Counted from the stretch's first letter, positions 20,886-32,564 are shown. The stretch is DNA of 64,000 bases from an uncultured delta proteobacterium (GCA_963806225.1 CAWDXG010000001.1:32001-96000); one strand, 5' to 3'. A program made the numbers and translations. The notes: generated from the letters alone by a model not told the origin.

Positions 20886-21690
20886 GCCGCCACGACGGCG
20901 AGCGCCAGCGACGTCGCGGGAAAGGAAGCCCTCTGCCGCTACATCCTCCGCCCGCCGATCGCCGCCGAGCGCGTGCAGCTCGTCGAGGGCGACCTCGTCC
21001 GCCTGGTGCTGAAGCGGCCGTTCAGCGACGGGACATTCGCCATCGATCTGGATCCGCTCTCGCTGCTCTGCCGGCTCGCGACGGCGGTGCCGCCCCCGCG
21101 CTTCAACACGGTGAGATACGCCGGCGTGCTCGCGGCGGCGAGCAAGTGGCGCGCGCGCATCGTGCCGCCGCTGCCACCGGAAACAGGCAGCGACGACGAG
21201 TGCGCGAGGTGCACCGCCAGGAAGGCCAAGCCGGCCACCCACCGCTCGGGCTATCGCCCGTGGGCGGAGCTCTTGAAGCGCTCCTTCCGCATCGAGGTCG
21301 AGCTCTGCAACAAGTGCGGCGGACGCATGAAATTGCGCGCTCTGGTCATCACCGCCGCCGGCATCCGCCGCTACCTCCGCTGGCTCGGCGAGGCCAGCGA
21401 GCCGCCCGCGCTCGCGCCCGCGAGGGGGCCGCCGTTCTTCCAGAGCGTTGCCCTCCGTCGCAAGCTCGGTGAGCCCGTGCAGGCGGAGCTGTTCGACGCG
21501 CACTGAACGCGCCGTCGCCGGCGCACCGGTGCGCCTCGAGCGCGCTACCCGCCGCGACGCAGGCCCGACCGAGCGCCGAATGGCCACGCCGCAGCCTTCC
21601 TATCCGCCCCGGCAACCGCACCTGCTCCCTTCCCGCCCGGAGCCTGCGCGCCCTGGCGTCGCGGGCAGGACGCTCATGTTACCTACGCGC
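20886..21690 (+). mobile_element. IS91-like copy D, 5'-truncated
   Basis: Near-identical to about 11971-12775; transposase stop at 21506. Confidence 0.92.
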
Positions 21691-21887
21691 CCAAGCTGCC
21701 CGCCGCCTGGCGCTCGCTGACCTCGCTCGAAGCGACCACACGCCTCATCGAGCGCGCCCACGTCGGCGTCGCGCCAGGCACCGGCTTCGGCGCCCGCGGC
21801 GAAGGCTACGTGCGCTTCGCGCTGATCGAGGATCCTCCGCGCATCAACGAGGCGTGCGAGCGGATCCGCGAAGCGCTGAAGGGTTGA
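21691..21887 (+). pseudogene. C-terminal fragment of a class I/II PLP aminotransferase (not in the ORF track)
   Basis: KLPAAW...AHVGVAPGTGFGARGEGYVRFALIEDPPRINEACERI*. Confidence 0.8.
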
Positions 21888-22128
21888 TCGCGCGCAACTG
21901 ACGGGCGGCGCGGGGCACGTTGTGCTCCGCGCGCGCTCCACGCAGGCGTTGCTGCGCGCTCGCTCGATGCGCAGCGGCTGCGGGGCTCCACTGCTGCTGC
22001 GAAGCGATTGCAGGGACGCCGAGGCAACCCGGTCCGACATGACCGTTCAGTTCGGCACGGGAGTTGCCGGGAGGGTGTCGTAGGGGGAGTCCGGTCTCGT
22101 GACTGGACCTGTCGAGGGGAGGCTTCGC

Positions 22129-23466
22129 ATGGCCCGCACGCGTTTCGCTCTGGTCGCGCTATTGCTCATGGCACTCGAGCCCGGCTGCGCAGGCAACGAA
22201 CCCGCCGGCGGCGCGGGAGGTGCGGCGGGGAGCGCCGGCACGGGAGGCGCAGCGGGGAGCGCCGGCACGACCTCGTGTCCAGCGGGCTACGCCGAGTGCG
22301 ACGGCAACGCCGCGACCGTGTGCGAGACCGCGCTCGCCAGCGACCCGCTCAACTGTGGGGCCTGCGGCAAGTCGTGCACGGCCGGCGCGAACCAGAGCGC
22401 GGCGTGCGCGGCGGGTCAATGCACGGTGGGCTGCGCCACGGGTTTCCTTGACTGCGATCTCGACGCGACCAACGGCTGCGAAGTGGACGCGACGACGGAC
22501 GCTCAGCACTGTGGAAGCTGCGACCGCAACTGCGGTGCGACTGCGTGTAGCAATTCCATGTGCGAGGTGACGACGCTCGCTTCCGGTCTGGCGTCACCGA
22601 TCGCGATCACGGTCGATCAGACCCACGTCTACTGGGCGAACTTCGTCCAGAGCGGGTCCGTCATGCGCGTGCCCAAGGCGGGAGGAGCCGGCGAGACACT
22701 GGCCGCCGACATTCCCGACTCCTACGAGGTCCTGGTCGATGGGGACAACCTGTACTTCAGCGCGCAGGGCAACCCACCTGCGGCGAACGGCGGGCTCTAC
22801 CGCATGCCGAAGAGCGGGGGAACGGTCGTCCCTCTCGCCGAGCACAGGGTCGCGGCGAACGAGATGTGCGTAGATGACACGTACATCTACTGGGCCGACA
22901 ACAGCTACCAGGGGACGCCGGGCGCCAGCATCCAGCGCCTCCCCAAAGTCGGCGGTAGCCCCGAGCAGGTCGTGTCCGGCGAGCAGCAGATCGTCGATGT
23001 CCGCACCTTCCAGGGACAGCTGTACTGGATGACGGCAGGGACAGTCGCCGGTAACTACGCGGACGGTATGATCGTGCGCTCCGGGCTCGACGGCAGCTCG
23101 CGCACCGTGCTGGTCACGGGCATCAACCAGCCCTCGTACGAGCTCGGGGTGACGTCCCAGAAGCTGTACTTTGGCAGCCGCGGCGACCTCACCGTTCTCT
23201 CGGCGCCGCTTGCTGGCGGTACACCGCAGGTGATCGGCACTACGCCGGGCGACCAGCGCTCGGTGGAGGTTGCGGGTGACTACCTCTACGTCACGTCGGG
23301 CACGGCCGGGACGCTTGAGCGCATTCCGCTTTCGGGTGGCGCGCCGCTCGTCCTGGCCACGGGACAGGTGCGGGCGTTCGAGATCGTCACCGACGACGAC
23401 TACGTCTACTGGTCCGACGCCGGATCGAACGCCATCGACGGCGCCATCCGCCGGACTGCACGCTGA
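22129..23466 (+). CDS. Lipoprotein with Cys-rich repeats and beta-propeller-like domain
   Basis: GGAGG RBS; DPLNCGACGKSC and DAQHCGSC repeats; I.VD...VYW blades. Confidence 0.8.
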   Translation: MARTRFALVALLLMALEPGCAGNEPAGGAGGAAGSAGTGGAAGSAGTTSCPAGYAECDGNAATVCETALASDPLNCGACGKSCTAGANQSAACAAGQCTVGCATGFLDCDLDATNGCEVDATTDAQHCGSCDRNCGATACSNSMCEVTTLASGLASPIAITVDQTHVYWANFVQSGSVMRVPKAGGAGETLAADIPDSYEVLVDGDNLYFSAQGNPPAANGGLYRMPKSGGTVVPLAEHRVAANEMCVDDTYIYWADNSYQGTPGASIQRLPKVGGSPEQVVSGEQQIVDVRTFQGQLYWMTAGTVAGNYADGMIVRSGLDGSSRTVLVTGINQPSYELGVTSQKLYFGSRGDLTVLSAPLAGGTPQVIGTTPGDQRSVEVAGDYLYVTSGTAGTLERIPLSGGAPLVLATGQVRAFEIVTDDDYVYWSDAGSNAIDGAIRRTAR

Positions 23467-23628
23467 CCCGACCGTTGGTTGTCAGTGGTCGTCCCAAACA
23501 GCGCGTATCCGGTCGTGTGATGGCGGCGGGACCCGGAATCGCGCAGGGGTGATGCCCGGGATCGCGCTGGCCGGGTGGGCCATGCGCCGACGATCGCCCG
23601 GGCCCGACGTGTTGTACAATCCCGGGTC

Positions 23629-25248
23629 ATGCGTACGCTGCTGGCGGCCCCGATCGCCGCGCTGGTCCTCTGGGGATGTTCGAGCTCGAGCAATGCGACG
23701 TCGGACAGCATCGCGTTCAAGCCCATGGGCTCGCTGTCCACGCCGGCCGGCAGGGGCAGCTTCCGCTTCGGCGTGGCCAGCGCTGCAACCCAGATAGAAG
23801 ATCAGGACACGAACACCGACTGGTACCTGTGGACGAAGCCAAAGGACCAGGGCGGGCTCGGTCAGGGCAAAGCGTTCGTGGGCGACGCCGTCATGGGATA
23901 CACGAAAGCCATCGACGATATTGCCCTGATGAAGGCGATGCATCTCGACTCGTATCGCTTCAGCATCGAGTGGGCGCGGGTGGAGCCGACACGCGGGCAC
24001 TACGACGAGGCCGCGCTCTCGCACTACAGCGACGAGATCGATGCGCTGATCGCCGCCGGCATCAGGCCGATGATAACCGTGCACCACTTCTCGAACCCGG
24101 TGTGGGTCGACGACCCGCGCGATCCCAACTGTGCGAACGGGCCGAGCGACACGAACCTGTGCGGCCTTGGCCACCCACAGGGCGGGCCGTTGGTGATCGA
24201 TGCCATGGCGAAATTCGCGAAGCTGCTTGCCGAGCGCTTCGGGGATCGTGTGGACGAGTGGGGGACGCTCAACGAACCGGTGAACTATCTGGTGGCGAGC
24301 TATGGCGTGGGCCAGTTCCCTCCGGGGAAGAAGTACATGTTCAGCCTGCTCGACAAGTTCGTGCCGGTGGTGCGCGACTACCTCTCGGCGCACGCCGCCA
24401 TGTACAAGGCGATCAAGGCCGCGGACACGACCGACGCCGACGGCGACGGCGTCGCGGCCAGCGTGGGTATGACGCTGAGCGTGGGCGAGTGGGTGCCGGC
24501 GCGCTTCGGCGAAGTCAGCGACGACCCGGCGGACATCGCTGCGCGCGACGCGGTCGTGTACGTGTACCACCACCTGCCCGTGGACTCGCTGCGGGGCGGT
24601 AGCTTCGACGCGAACCTCGACGGCACGCCTGACGAGGATCACCCCGATTGGAAGGGCACGCTCGACTGGCTTGGCGTGCAGTACTACTTCCGCGCTGGCG
24701 TCACCGGCAACAACGGGCTTATCCCGGTGCTGAACGCTACGCCGTGCTTCAGCGGCTTCGACATCGGCGGCGCGTGTATCAAGCCGCTCGACCGTACGTT
24801 CTGCGTGCCGGAGATGGGCTACGAGTACGATCCCGAAGGGCTGTACGACGTGCTCCACGATTTCGGCAAGCGCTGGCCGGACCTGCCGCTTGTGGTCACC
24901 GAGGGCGGCATCGCCACCCACGTGGGCGAGCGCCGCGCCGAAAACATCGTGCGCACGCTCGAGCAGATCGACCGCGCGCGGCGCGGCGGCGCGGATGTGC
25001 GCGGCTACTATCACTGGAGCTTGATGGACAACTTCGAGTGGGCCGAGGGCTTCGCGCCGAAGTTCGGGCTCTACTCTGTGGATCTCACGACACAGAAGCG
25101 CACACCGACCCTGGGCGCCGACGTACTCGGCAAGATCGCCGGCGCGCACGCACTTGGCGCCGCGCTCCGCCACAAATACGGCGGCACCGGCCCGATGACG
25201 CCCGACCCCGAGTTCTCCGCGGACGCGACGTTCTGCACCGGCAAGTAG
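23629..25248 (+). CDS. Glycoside hydrolase family 1, lipoprotein
   Basis: FGVASAATQIE, YRFSIEWARVEP, TLNEP (acid/base), VTEGG (nucleophile), WSLMDNFEW; lipobox LWGC. Confidence 0.93.
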   Translation: MRTLLAAPIAALVLWGCSSSSNATSDSIAFKPMGSLSTPAGRGSFRFGVASAATQIEDQDTNTDWYLWTKPKDQGGLGQGKAFVGDAVMGYTKAIDDIALMKAMHLDSYRFSIEWARVEPTRGHYDEAALSHYSDEIDALIAAGIRPMITVHHFSNPVWVDDPRDPNCANGPSDTNLCGLGHPQGGPLVIDAMAKFAKLLAERFGDRVDEWGTLNEPVNYLVASYGVGQFPPGKKYMFSLLDKFVPVVRDYLSAHAAMYKAIKAADTTDADGDGVAASVGMTLSVGEWVPARFGEVSDDPADIAARDAVVYVYHHLPVDSLRGGSFDANLDGTPDEDHPDWKGTLDWLGVQYYFRAGVTGNNGLIPVLNATPCFSGFDIGGACIKPLDRTFCVPEMGYEYDPEGLYDVLHDFGKRWPDLPLVVTEGGIATHVGERRAENIVRTLEQIDRARRGGADVRGYYHWSLMDNFEWAEGFAPKFGLYSVDLTTQKRTPTLGADVLGKIAGAHALGAALRHKYGGTGPMTPDPEFSADATFCTGK

Positions 25249-25365
25249 GAGGGGGCCAACAACCGATGTGCGGATCGGATCCACCGGTTCCGTCGGCGGG
25301 CTGGATCCGGGATCCACTGGATCGCACAGACGCGCAGAGAGCGGGGCAATCGCGATGGAACGCGC

Positions 25366-26726
25366 TTTGCTCACGCTGCCGTTCGAGCTGAGAGCCCGGC
25401 TCGCCTACGACGGGGAGCTCCCGGGCGCGGTGTGCCGCGGGTTCGTGGACTCGCTGCTCGCCTGGTACCAACGTCGCCTGCGGGCGCGCGGCATCGAGGG
25501 CGGCCGGGGCGGCGCGGTCACCGCCGTGCAGCGCGTCTCGAGCGATCTGCGGCTCAATCCGCACTTCCACACGCTCGCGCTGGATGGGGTGTTCGCCGAA
25601 GACGAGGAGGGCGACGAGCTCTCGTTCCACGCGCTGCCGTGTCTCACCAACGACGACGTCGCCGACCTCTTGCAGATCGCGCGGGCGCGGATCCTCGCGC
25701 TCCTCCGTCGCAAGCGCGTGATCACCGACGACGCCGTCACGGCCGACGCCGCGCTCGGCGAGAGCGAGCCCGCGCTGGCAGAGCTCGCCGTCGCCTCGAC
25801 GCTCGGCAGCGTGCCGGCAGGACCCGCGCTGCGCCGCCGCGAGCCCGTCCGGCTGCGCGACGACCGCGGCCTGGAAGTCACCAAGGGTCTGTGCGCCGTG
25901 GAGGGCGGCTTCTCGCTCCATGCCGCCACTACCGCGAGCGCCAGCGACGTCGCGGGAAAGGAAGCCCTCTGCCGCTACATCCTCCGCCCGCCGATCGCCG
26001 CCGAGCGCGTGCAGCTCGTCGAGGGCGACCTCGTCCGCCTGGTGCTGAAGCGGCCGTTCAGCGACGGGACATTCGCCATCGATCTGGATCCGCTCTCGCT
26101 CCTCTGCCGGCTCGCGACGGCGGTGCCGCCCCCGCGCTTCAACACGGTGAGATACGCCGGCGTGCTCGCGGCGGCGAGCAAGTGGCGCGCGCGCATCGTG
26201 CCGCCGCTGCCACCGGAAACAGGCAGCGACGACGAGTGCGCGAGGTGCACCGCCAGGAAGGCCAAGCCGGCCACCCACCGCTCGGGCTATCGCCCGTGGG
26301 CGGAGCTCTTGAAGCGCTCCTTCCGCATCGATGTCGAGCGCTGCAGCAAGTGCGGCGGACGCTTGAAAATGCGCGCGCTGGTGATCACCGCCGCCGGCAT
26401 CCGCCGCTACCTCCGCTGGCTCGGCGAGGCCAGCGAGCCGCCCGCGCTCGCGCCCGCGAGGGGGCCGCCGTTCTTCCAGAGCGTTGCCCTCCGTCGCAAG
26501 CTCGGTGAGCCCGTGCAGGCGGAGCTGTTCGACGCGCACTGAACGCGCCGTCGCCGGCGCACCGGTGCGCCTCGAGCGCGCTACCCGCCGCGACGCAGGC
26601 CCGACCGAGCGCCGAATGGCCACGCCGCAGCCTTCCTATCCGCCCTGGCAACCGCACCTGCTCCCTTGCCGCCCGGAGCCTGCGCGCCCTGGCGTCGCGG
26701 GCAGGACGCTCATGTTACCTACGCGC
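25366..26726 (+). mobile_element. IS91-like copy E, the longest, still lacking the N-terminal Zn-binding domain
   Basis: LTLPFELRARLAYD...NPHFH...CRYILRPP; stop at 26542; conserved end. Confidence 0.92.
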
Positions 26727-26745
26727 AGCGCGCAAGTATCGACAC

Positions 26746-27633
26746 TCAGGTCCGCGCCATGACGTCCCCGATGCACTGGCGCATACGGCTGACGTGGGCG
26801 GCGTTCGCCAGGGCCTTCGGCGAGAGCAGGCGAACCGTCAGGGTGCGGCCGATGACGTCTTCCAGCACTGGAACGGTCGGGACGAGCGGCGCCAAGGCAG
26901 GCGGTAGAAGTCCGTCCGGCACCCAGGCGATGCCGGTGCCGCACTCGGCCATGTAGTGCAACGTCAGGATGTCGTTCAACGTCGCTGCGGGGCGGATCGG
27001 CACCTCTCCGCCTGCGAGCAGCGGCAGGTGTTCGATCGGCTCAGCCTGACCGGGCTGGTAGGCGAAGAGGACGTGCTGTGCGAGATCGGCCGGCTGCTCG
27101 ACGGGTGAATGGCTGTCGAGGTACTCCCGGCTCGCGAGCAGTCGTTGGGGGATCGGCGTCTTCCCCACCACGGTCCACGTGTCGGGCACCGGAAAGTCAC
27201 CGACGATGATCGCGAGGTCGACGGTATCCTGCAGCGAAGCGAGCGGCCGATCCTCGATTCTGAAGTCGATGGTGAGCTTCGAGAAGCTGGCTCGCAGGGC
27301 GCGGACGATCTCGTTGATCAGGCCGGGGTGGAAGCCGGGCGGCACGATGACGCGGAGCGGACCGTTGGGCTCCGAGTCCAGCGTGGAAGCAGCGCGTACC
27401 AGTATGCCGGCCTCGGCCACCATCTTGCGGCCACCGCCCACGATGACGGCGCCGGCCGGGGTGGGTACGAGGCCCTTGGTCGTGCGGCGGAAGAGCGGCG
27501 CGCCGACTTCCGCTTCTGCCTCGAGGAGCCGGCGTCGCACGGTGGCCCGGGCCGCGGAGAGCGACGACGCTGCGGCCTGGATCGAGCCCGCGTCGGCGAT
27601 CGCCACAAGATACCGCAAACCTTCGAGATCCAT
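26746..27633 (-). CDS. LysR-family regulator
   Basis: MDLEGLRYLVAIADAGSIQAAA...PLFRRTTKGLVPTPAG. Confidence 0.9.
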   Translation of the reverse strand: MDLEGLRYLVAIADAGSIQAAASSLSAARATVRRRLLEAEAEVGAPLFRRTTKGLVPTPAGAVIVGGGRKMVAEAGILVRAASTLDSEPNGPLRVIVPPGFHPGLINEIVRALRASFSKLTIDFRIEDRPLASLQDTVDLAIIVGDFPVPDTWTVVGKTPIPQRLLASREYLDSHSPVEQPADLAQHVLFAYQPGQAEPIEHLPLLAGGEVPIRPAATLNDILTLHYMAECGTGIAWVPDGLLPPALAPLVPTVPVLEDVIGRTLTVRLLSPKALANAAHVSRMRQCIGDVMART

Positions 27634-27725
27634 GCGTCCTGGCTGGTGGCAAGAAGGCTACCACCGGGTGGCAACTATCCGCCATTCCCACGAGCTCCTT
27701 GCAGGTGCGATTGTTCGAGGCTTGG

Positions 27726-30669
27726 ATGAGAGTTCCGTCGAGCAAGAGGAGTCGCTCCGAGTTACTGGACACGGTGCTGCGCGAGCCGGGGGCTAGAGCC
27801 CGGGTTGGCTGGAAGCGGCTGGAGCTGCAGGGCGGGGAGTGGTTCTGGCGCCGCGGCGAGCCTGCCGATTGCCTGGCCTGGATCGAGCGCGGCTCGCTCC
27901 GGGTCCTGGTCGACGGCGACGAGCGGGGAGTGGTCGGCGCCGGCGAGCTGCTCGGTGAAGCTTCGGCCCTGACGCCTCACGAGCGGCGCACCGCGGATCT
28001 GCAGGCCATCCGACCGACCGTGCTGTGGACGCTGGGGCGCGCCCGGCTTGTCAGGTTGCGCCGCGAGCAGCCGGCGTTCTTCGACGCGGTGCTGGACGCG
28101 GCCATCGCGACGCTCTCGGCGCGGCTCTCGGAGAACGAGCACGAGCTCGCCCGGCGCCGCGAAGGCGAGGACGTGGTCGTGTCGACGGCGCCCGGCATGT
28201 TCCGGCGGCTCGTTCGCGGCCTCGCCGGGCGCGCCGCGCCGCCGAGCTTCGCGGCGAGTCTGCCCGCGCTCGACCAGAGCGAGGACGCGGTCGTCGAGGA
28301 GCTGGCTGCCACAGCCCAGCCGCTGTTCCTGGAGCCGGGAGAGGCGTTGTGTCTCGAAGGCGACCCCGCCGATTCGATGTACCTGGTGGCAGAGGGGAGC
28401 TTCCGCGTCGTGCTCGCTTCGGCGAAAGGCGGCGTCATCGAAGCTGGGAAGGTCGGACCGGCCTCGTTGCTCGGGACGAGTGCGATGCTGCAGGGCCGCC
28501 CGCGCACCGCGTCGCTGGTCGCAACCGAGCCGACCTGGGTGTACGAGCTGTCCCGCGAGGCGATCGGAGCGCTGTCCGATGCGACCTGGCGTGCGCTGGC
28601 GGAGCTGCTGCTGGTCGCGCTGCGCGAGCAACTCGTCCGCGTGCACGCGTCGACTATCCGGTCGAAGGGCGCGCGCGGCACCATCTCGCTCGAGGACGCC
28701 ATGCCGCTGCTCGGAGACCTGCAGGGCTGGAGCCTGGACCGAGCGGTGCTGGTCACCCTGTCGGAGCTACCGGATCTCGGCCCGCCTCTGGAGCTCGAGC
28801 CCGCGACCCGCGAGAAGATCGAGCTGGTACGGAAACTCCGTCGTCGGCTGCAACGTCGCGCTGCGCGGTCCATTCGGGCTCAAACGCGTGGTCTACGCCG
28901 ACTACACGGCGTCGGGACGGCCGCTGGGCTTCATCGAAGCATACCTGCGCGAGCGCGTGATGCCGCTCTACGCCAACACGCACACCGAGGCGTCGGCGAG
29001 CGGGCTGCAGACGACGGAGTTTCGCGAACAAGCGCGGAAGATCGTGCTGGAGAGTGTCGGCGGTGACGAGCGTGACGCGGTGATCTTCGTCGGCTCGGGC
29101 GCCACGGGCGCGGTCAACAAGCTGGTCGGGATCCTCAACCTGAAGATCCCGCCGGATCTGGACGCACGCCACGGGTTGTCGAAGATGATCCCGGCGGATG
29201 AACGCCCGGTGGTGTTCGTTGGCCCGTACGAACACCACAGCAACATCCTCCCGTGGAAGCACACCATCGCCAACGTCGTGACGATCGGGCTGGACGAGGA
29301 AGGTCAGGTCGACTTGCGCGAGCTCGAGGAGCGGCTCGTGGAGTACGCCGACCGCCCGCTGAAGATCGGGACATTCTCCGCGGCGTCCAACGTCACCGGT
29401 ATCAAGGCGGACACCATCGCGTTGGCGACGCTGCTGCACCGGCACGGCGCGCTTTCTTTCTGGGACTATGCAGCGGCCGCGCCCTACGTGCAGATCGCGA
29501 TGAACCCCTCCGGGCCCGGGGTCGACGAGGCGCTCGCGCGCAAGGACGCGATCTTCATCTCGCCGCACAAGTTCGTCGGGGGGCCCGGCACGCCAGGCGT
29601 GCTCGTCATCAAGCGCGCGCTCGCCGGAAACACGGTGCCTGCAGATCCAGGCGGCGGCACGGTGGACTTCGTCTCGTCGGCGCAAGCCCTCTACACGGAA
29701 GCGATCGAGGCACGCGAGGAGGGCGGTACGCCCGAGATCCTCGGCTCGATTCGCTGCGGGCTGGTCTTCCAGCTCAAGCAGCAGATCGGTGCCGGGACCA
29801 TCGAGGCCGTCGAGCACGACTACGTGCGGCGTGCGATCCGGGCGTGGCGCGCGAACCCGGCGATCGAGATTGTCGGCAACCCCGACGCGGACCGGCTGTC
29901 CATCACGTCGTTCCTGGTCCGGCACGGGCGGCGCTTCCTCCACTACGGGTTGGTGGTTGCGCTGCTCAACGACGTCTTCGGCATCCAGGCTCGTGGCGGA
30001 TGCTCGTGTGCCGGGCCCTACGGCGGCTTGCTGATGGGTCTTGGCGAAGGCGCAGGACAGGGGCTCTTCGCGTGCGCGGCCAAGGGCTGGAGCTCCGTCA
30101 AGCCGGGCTGGGCGCGCGTGAACTTCAACTACTTCATCGGGGAGGACGAGCTCCGCTACGTGGTGTCGGCGGTGCAGCTCGTCGCGGTCTACGGCTGGGC
30201 GCTCGCGCCGCGCTACGACTTCGATCCGCGCTCCGGACTCTGGACCCACCACGACGTTCGCGGCCACGGACACCGCGTCGCCCGCCTCGAGGAGCTACGC
30301 ATCGATGGCGGCGTCGCGGCCTGGAACGAGCAGTGGCCCACGGCGCCGGCGTCCGCCCTGGAGGAACAGCTCGCCCAGGGGCGTGCACTGCTCGAAGCTG
30401 CGCTCGAGCAGTCGCCACCCGCGCTCGAGGCCGCCCCGCTGGAGTCGGAGGTCGAGGCCCTGCGCTGGTTCCCGCTGCCTCACGAACTGGCCGCCGATCT
30501 TCGCGAGCACCAGCGGGCGCGCGGCGCCGAGGACGCCCGGCTCTCGGCGTATCGCAACGCGTTACAGGCGTATGGGACGACGGGGGCATCGTTCATGCGC
30601 GTCGCGCTCTCGGTCTCACCCGAGGAGCACGCCACCGTCGTGCAGGAGCTCGCGGCCGAGCCGCGCTGA
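27726..30669 (+). CDS. Tandem cNMP-binding domains fused to a class V PLP (cysteine desulfurase/C-S lyase-like) domain; +1 frameshift near 28833
   Basis: GE.S...RTA and GT.A...RTA cNMP motifs; removing one A from CGGAAACTCC gives VRNSVVG...YADYTASGR, EHHSN, SPHKF, RGGCSCAGPY. Confidence 0.8.
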
Positions 30670-30678
30670 GGAATTGCC

Positions 30679-31596
30679 ATGTGTCGTGCGCTTGCATACC
30701 TTGGTCCGCCCCTCGTCGTAGACGAGCTGTTGTACCGGCCCGACAGCTCGCTCGTCCGGCAGTCCTACGAGCCCCAGTTGCTCGAGATGTTGAACCTCGG
30801 CGGCTTCGGCATGGTGGCGTGGGACCTGTCCTCGCACTTGCCGGAGCGGCCGTGGATGTACCGCTCGACCGAGCTTCCGATCTACGACGCGAACCTGAAA
30901 GCGTTGGCAGAGAAGCTGCGTGCGGGCTGCATGCTCGCGCACGTGCGCGGGATCCAGTATCGCGCGGACGCCGGCTTCGGTACCCACAACCTGCACCCCT
31001 TCTTCTACGAGGGACGGCGTTGGGCGATGGCACACAACGGGGAACTCGTCGGACACTCGAAGATGCGCTTCGATCTGTTGGCGAGCGCCACGCCGGGCGT
31101 GCGCGAGCAGGTCCGCGGCACCACCGACAGCGAGACCGTCTACGCGCTGGTGCTCTCCGAGCTCGAACGGAGTGGCCGCGACGATCCCGACGCCTTGCTC
31201 GACGCCATCCACACCACGTTGCACACCCTGCGCGAGGTGCGCGCCGCGCACGGCGTCGACGTGAGCAGCGCGCTCAACCTCTTCTTCTGCGATGGGCAGT
31301 CGATTGTCGGGTTGCGATACACCTTCGACTACGGCCGCTACCCGCTTTCGGATCTGGAACGCTCGGCGGCTGCTGGCCACCAGTACCTGAGCCTCTGGTT
31401 CACGACCGGCGAAGCGTATCGATGCGTCGACGGCGTCTGGCGCATGGTCGGGGATCCGGGCTCGACCGACGCAGTGGCGGTCGCCTCGGAGCCGCTGACC
31501 CGCAACGTCACCGGCTGGGTGGAGCTACCGGAGTACGGCGCACTGCTGGTGGATCGCGCAGGGGGGCGCGTCGAGTTGCTCGAGGTCGAACATTGA
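30679..31596 (+). CDS. Class II glutamine amidotransferase (EgtC-like Ntn hydrolase)
   Basis: N-terminal MCR, AHVR, HPF, AHNG, GTTDSE, VASEPL. Confidence 0.9.
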   Translation: MCRALAYLGPPLVVDELLYRPDSSLVRQSYEPQLLEMLNLGGFGMVAWDLSSHLPERPWMYRSTELPIYDANLKALAEKLRAGCMLAHVRGIQYRADAGFGTHNLHPFFYEGRRWAMAHNGELVGHSKMRFDLLASATPGVREQVRGTTDSETVYALVLSELERSGRDDPDALLDAIHTTLHTLREVRAAHGVDVSSALNLFFCDGQSIVGLRYTFDYGRYPLSDLERSAAAGHQYLSLWFTTGEAYRCVDGVWRMVGDPGSTDAVAVASEPLTRNVTGWVELPEYGALLVDRAGGRVELLEVEH

Positions 31597-32564
31597 CCCT
31601 GTCCCACCCGTTCTTCCAGAGTCTCCCCGAGGATCACCACGACACGATTCGTCGGCTGCTGCTCAAACGCGACTTGCGGGAGGGGGACGTCCTGGTGCAG
31701 CAGGGAATGGTCGCGGACTCGGCTTTCTTCGTCACGCGCGGGCTGGTCGGCGTCGATGTGTACCTTCCCGGCGGCGGCAGCTCGCGGCTGACCGAGCTGG
31801 GCCCGGGTGGGGTTCTCGGTGAGCTCGCGCTCGTGTCGGCCGGGCAACGTCGGACCGCCACCGCGACGGCGCTCGAGCCGAGCGAAGTGCTGGCCATGCT
31901 CGGGCGCGACCTGCAGGCGTTGTGCGCGCACTACCACCCGGCGTCGCTGGCGCTGCTCCGCCGCCTCGCGGAGCACGTGGCGCGCTCGCTGGTCCGCGTG
32001 TCCGATGAGCGGCTGCGCCTGGCGCGTGCTCCCACGGCGAGACTTCCGGACGGAGTGCGAAGCCGACCCGGCGCCGACTTCGACGCGCTTCGCGTCCTGC
32101 CCAAGCTGGCGATCGCCAGCGACATGTCGGACGCCGAGGTGCGCGACTTGGCGTCTTCTGGTCGGCTCTGGACCTTCGAGCGCGACAGCGTCGTGTTCCA
32201 CGCCGGTCAGTCGCGCGGCTCCTTGTTTGTCGTCATCCGTGGTTCGATCGAACTGTGCGCGTTCGAGGGTGGCAGCGCGCGACGACTCGCCATCATCGGC
32301 CCGGGCAAGGTGGCAGGAGAGCTCGGCGTGCTCACCTCGACGCCACAACGCATGAACGCCGTGGTGCGCGAAGGCGCCACGCTGCTGGAGCTCCCGTCCC
32401 CGGCGCTCGCCGCGCTAGCCGACGCGCAGCGTCCGCTCTCGTACCGCTTCGCGCTAGCGATGGCGCGCTCGCTGATGGTGCAGCTGGAGCTTGCGACGCG
32501 TGCGCTGGCGCGAGAGCAGCTTGGACTGAACGGAAATCGCGGAATGGGTGCACAATGTCGCTGA
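31593..32564 (+). CDS. Protein of two cNMP-binding domains
   Basis: TTG overlapping the upstream stop; GPGGVLGELAL...RRTATA and GPGKVAGELG...RMNA. Confidence 0.82.
   Translation: MTLSHPFFQSLPEDHHDTIRRLLLKRDLREGDVLVQQGMVADSAFFVTRGLVGVDVYLPGGGSSRLTELGPGGVLGELALVSAGQRRTATATALEPSEVLAMLGRDLQALCAHYHPASLALLRRLAEHVARSLVRVSDERLRLARAPTARLPDGVRSRPGADFDALRVLPKLAIASDMSDAEVRDLASSGRLWTFERDSVVFHAGQSRGSLFVVIRGSIELCAFEGGSARRLAIIGPGKVAGELGVLTSTPQRMNAVVREGATLLELPSPALAALADAQRPLSYRFALAMARSLMVQLELATRALAREQLGLNGNRGMGAQCR

Noticed and set aside
27726..31596. Complete ergothioneine pathway
   Set aside because: Only EgtC-like and class V PLP folds are present; no egtA, egtB or egtD.
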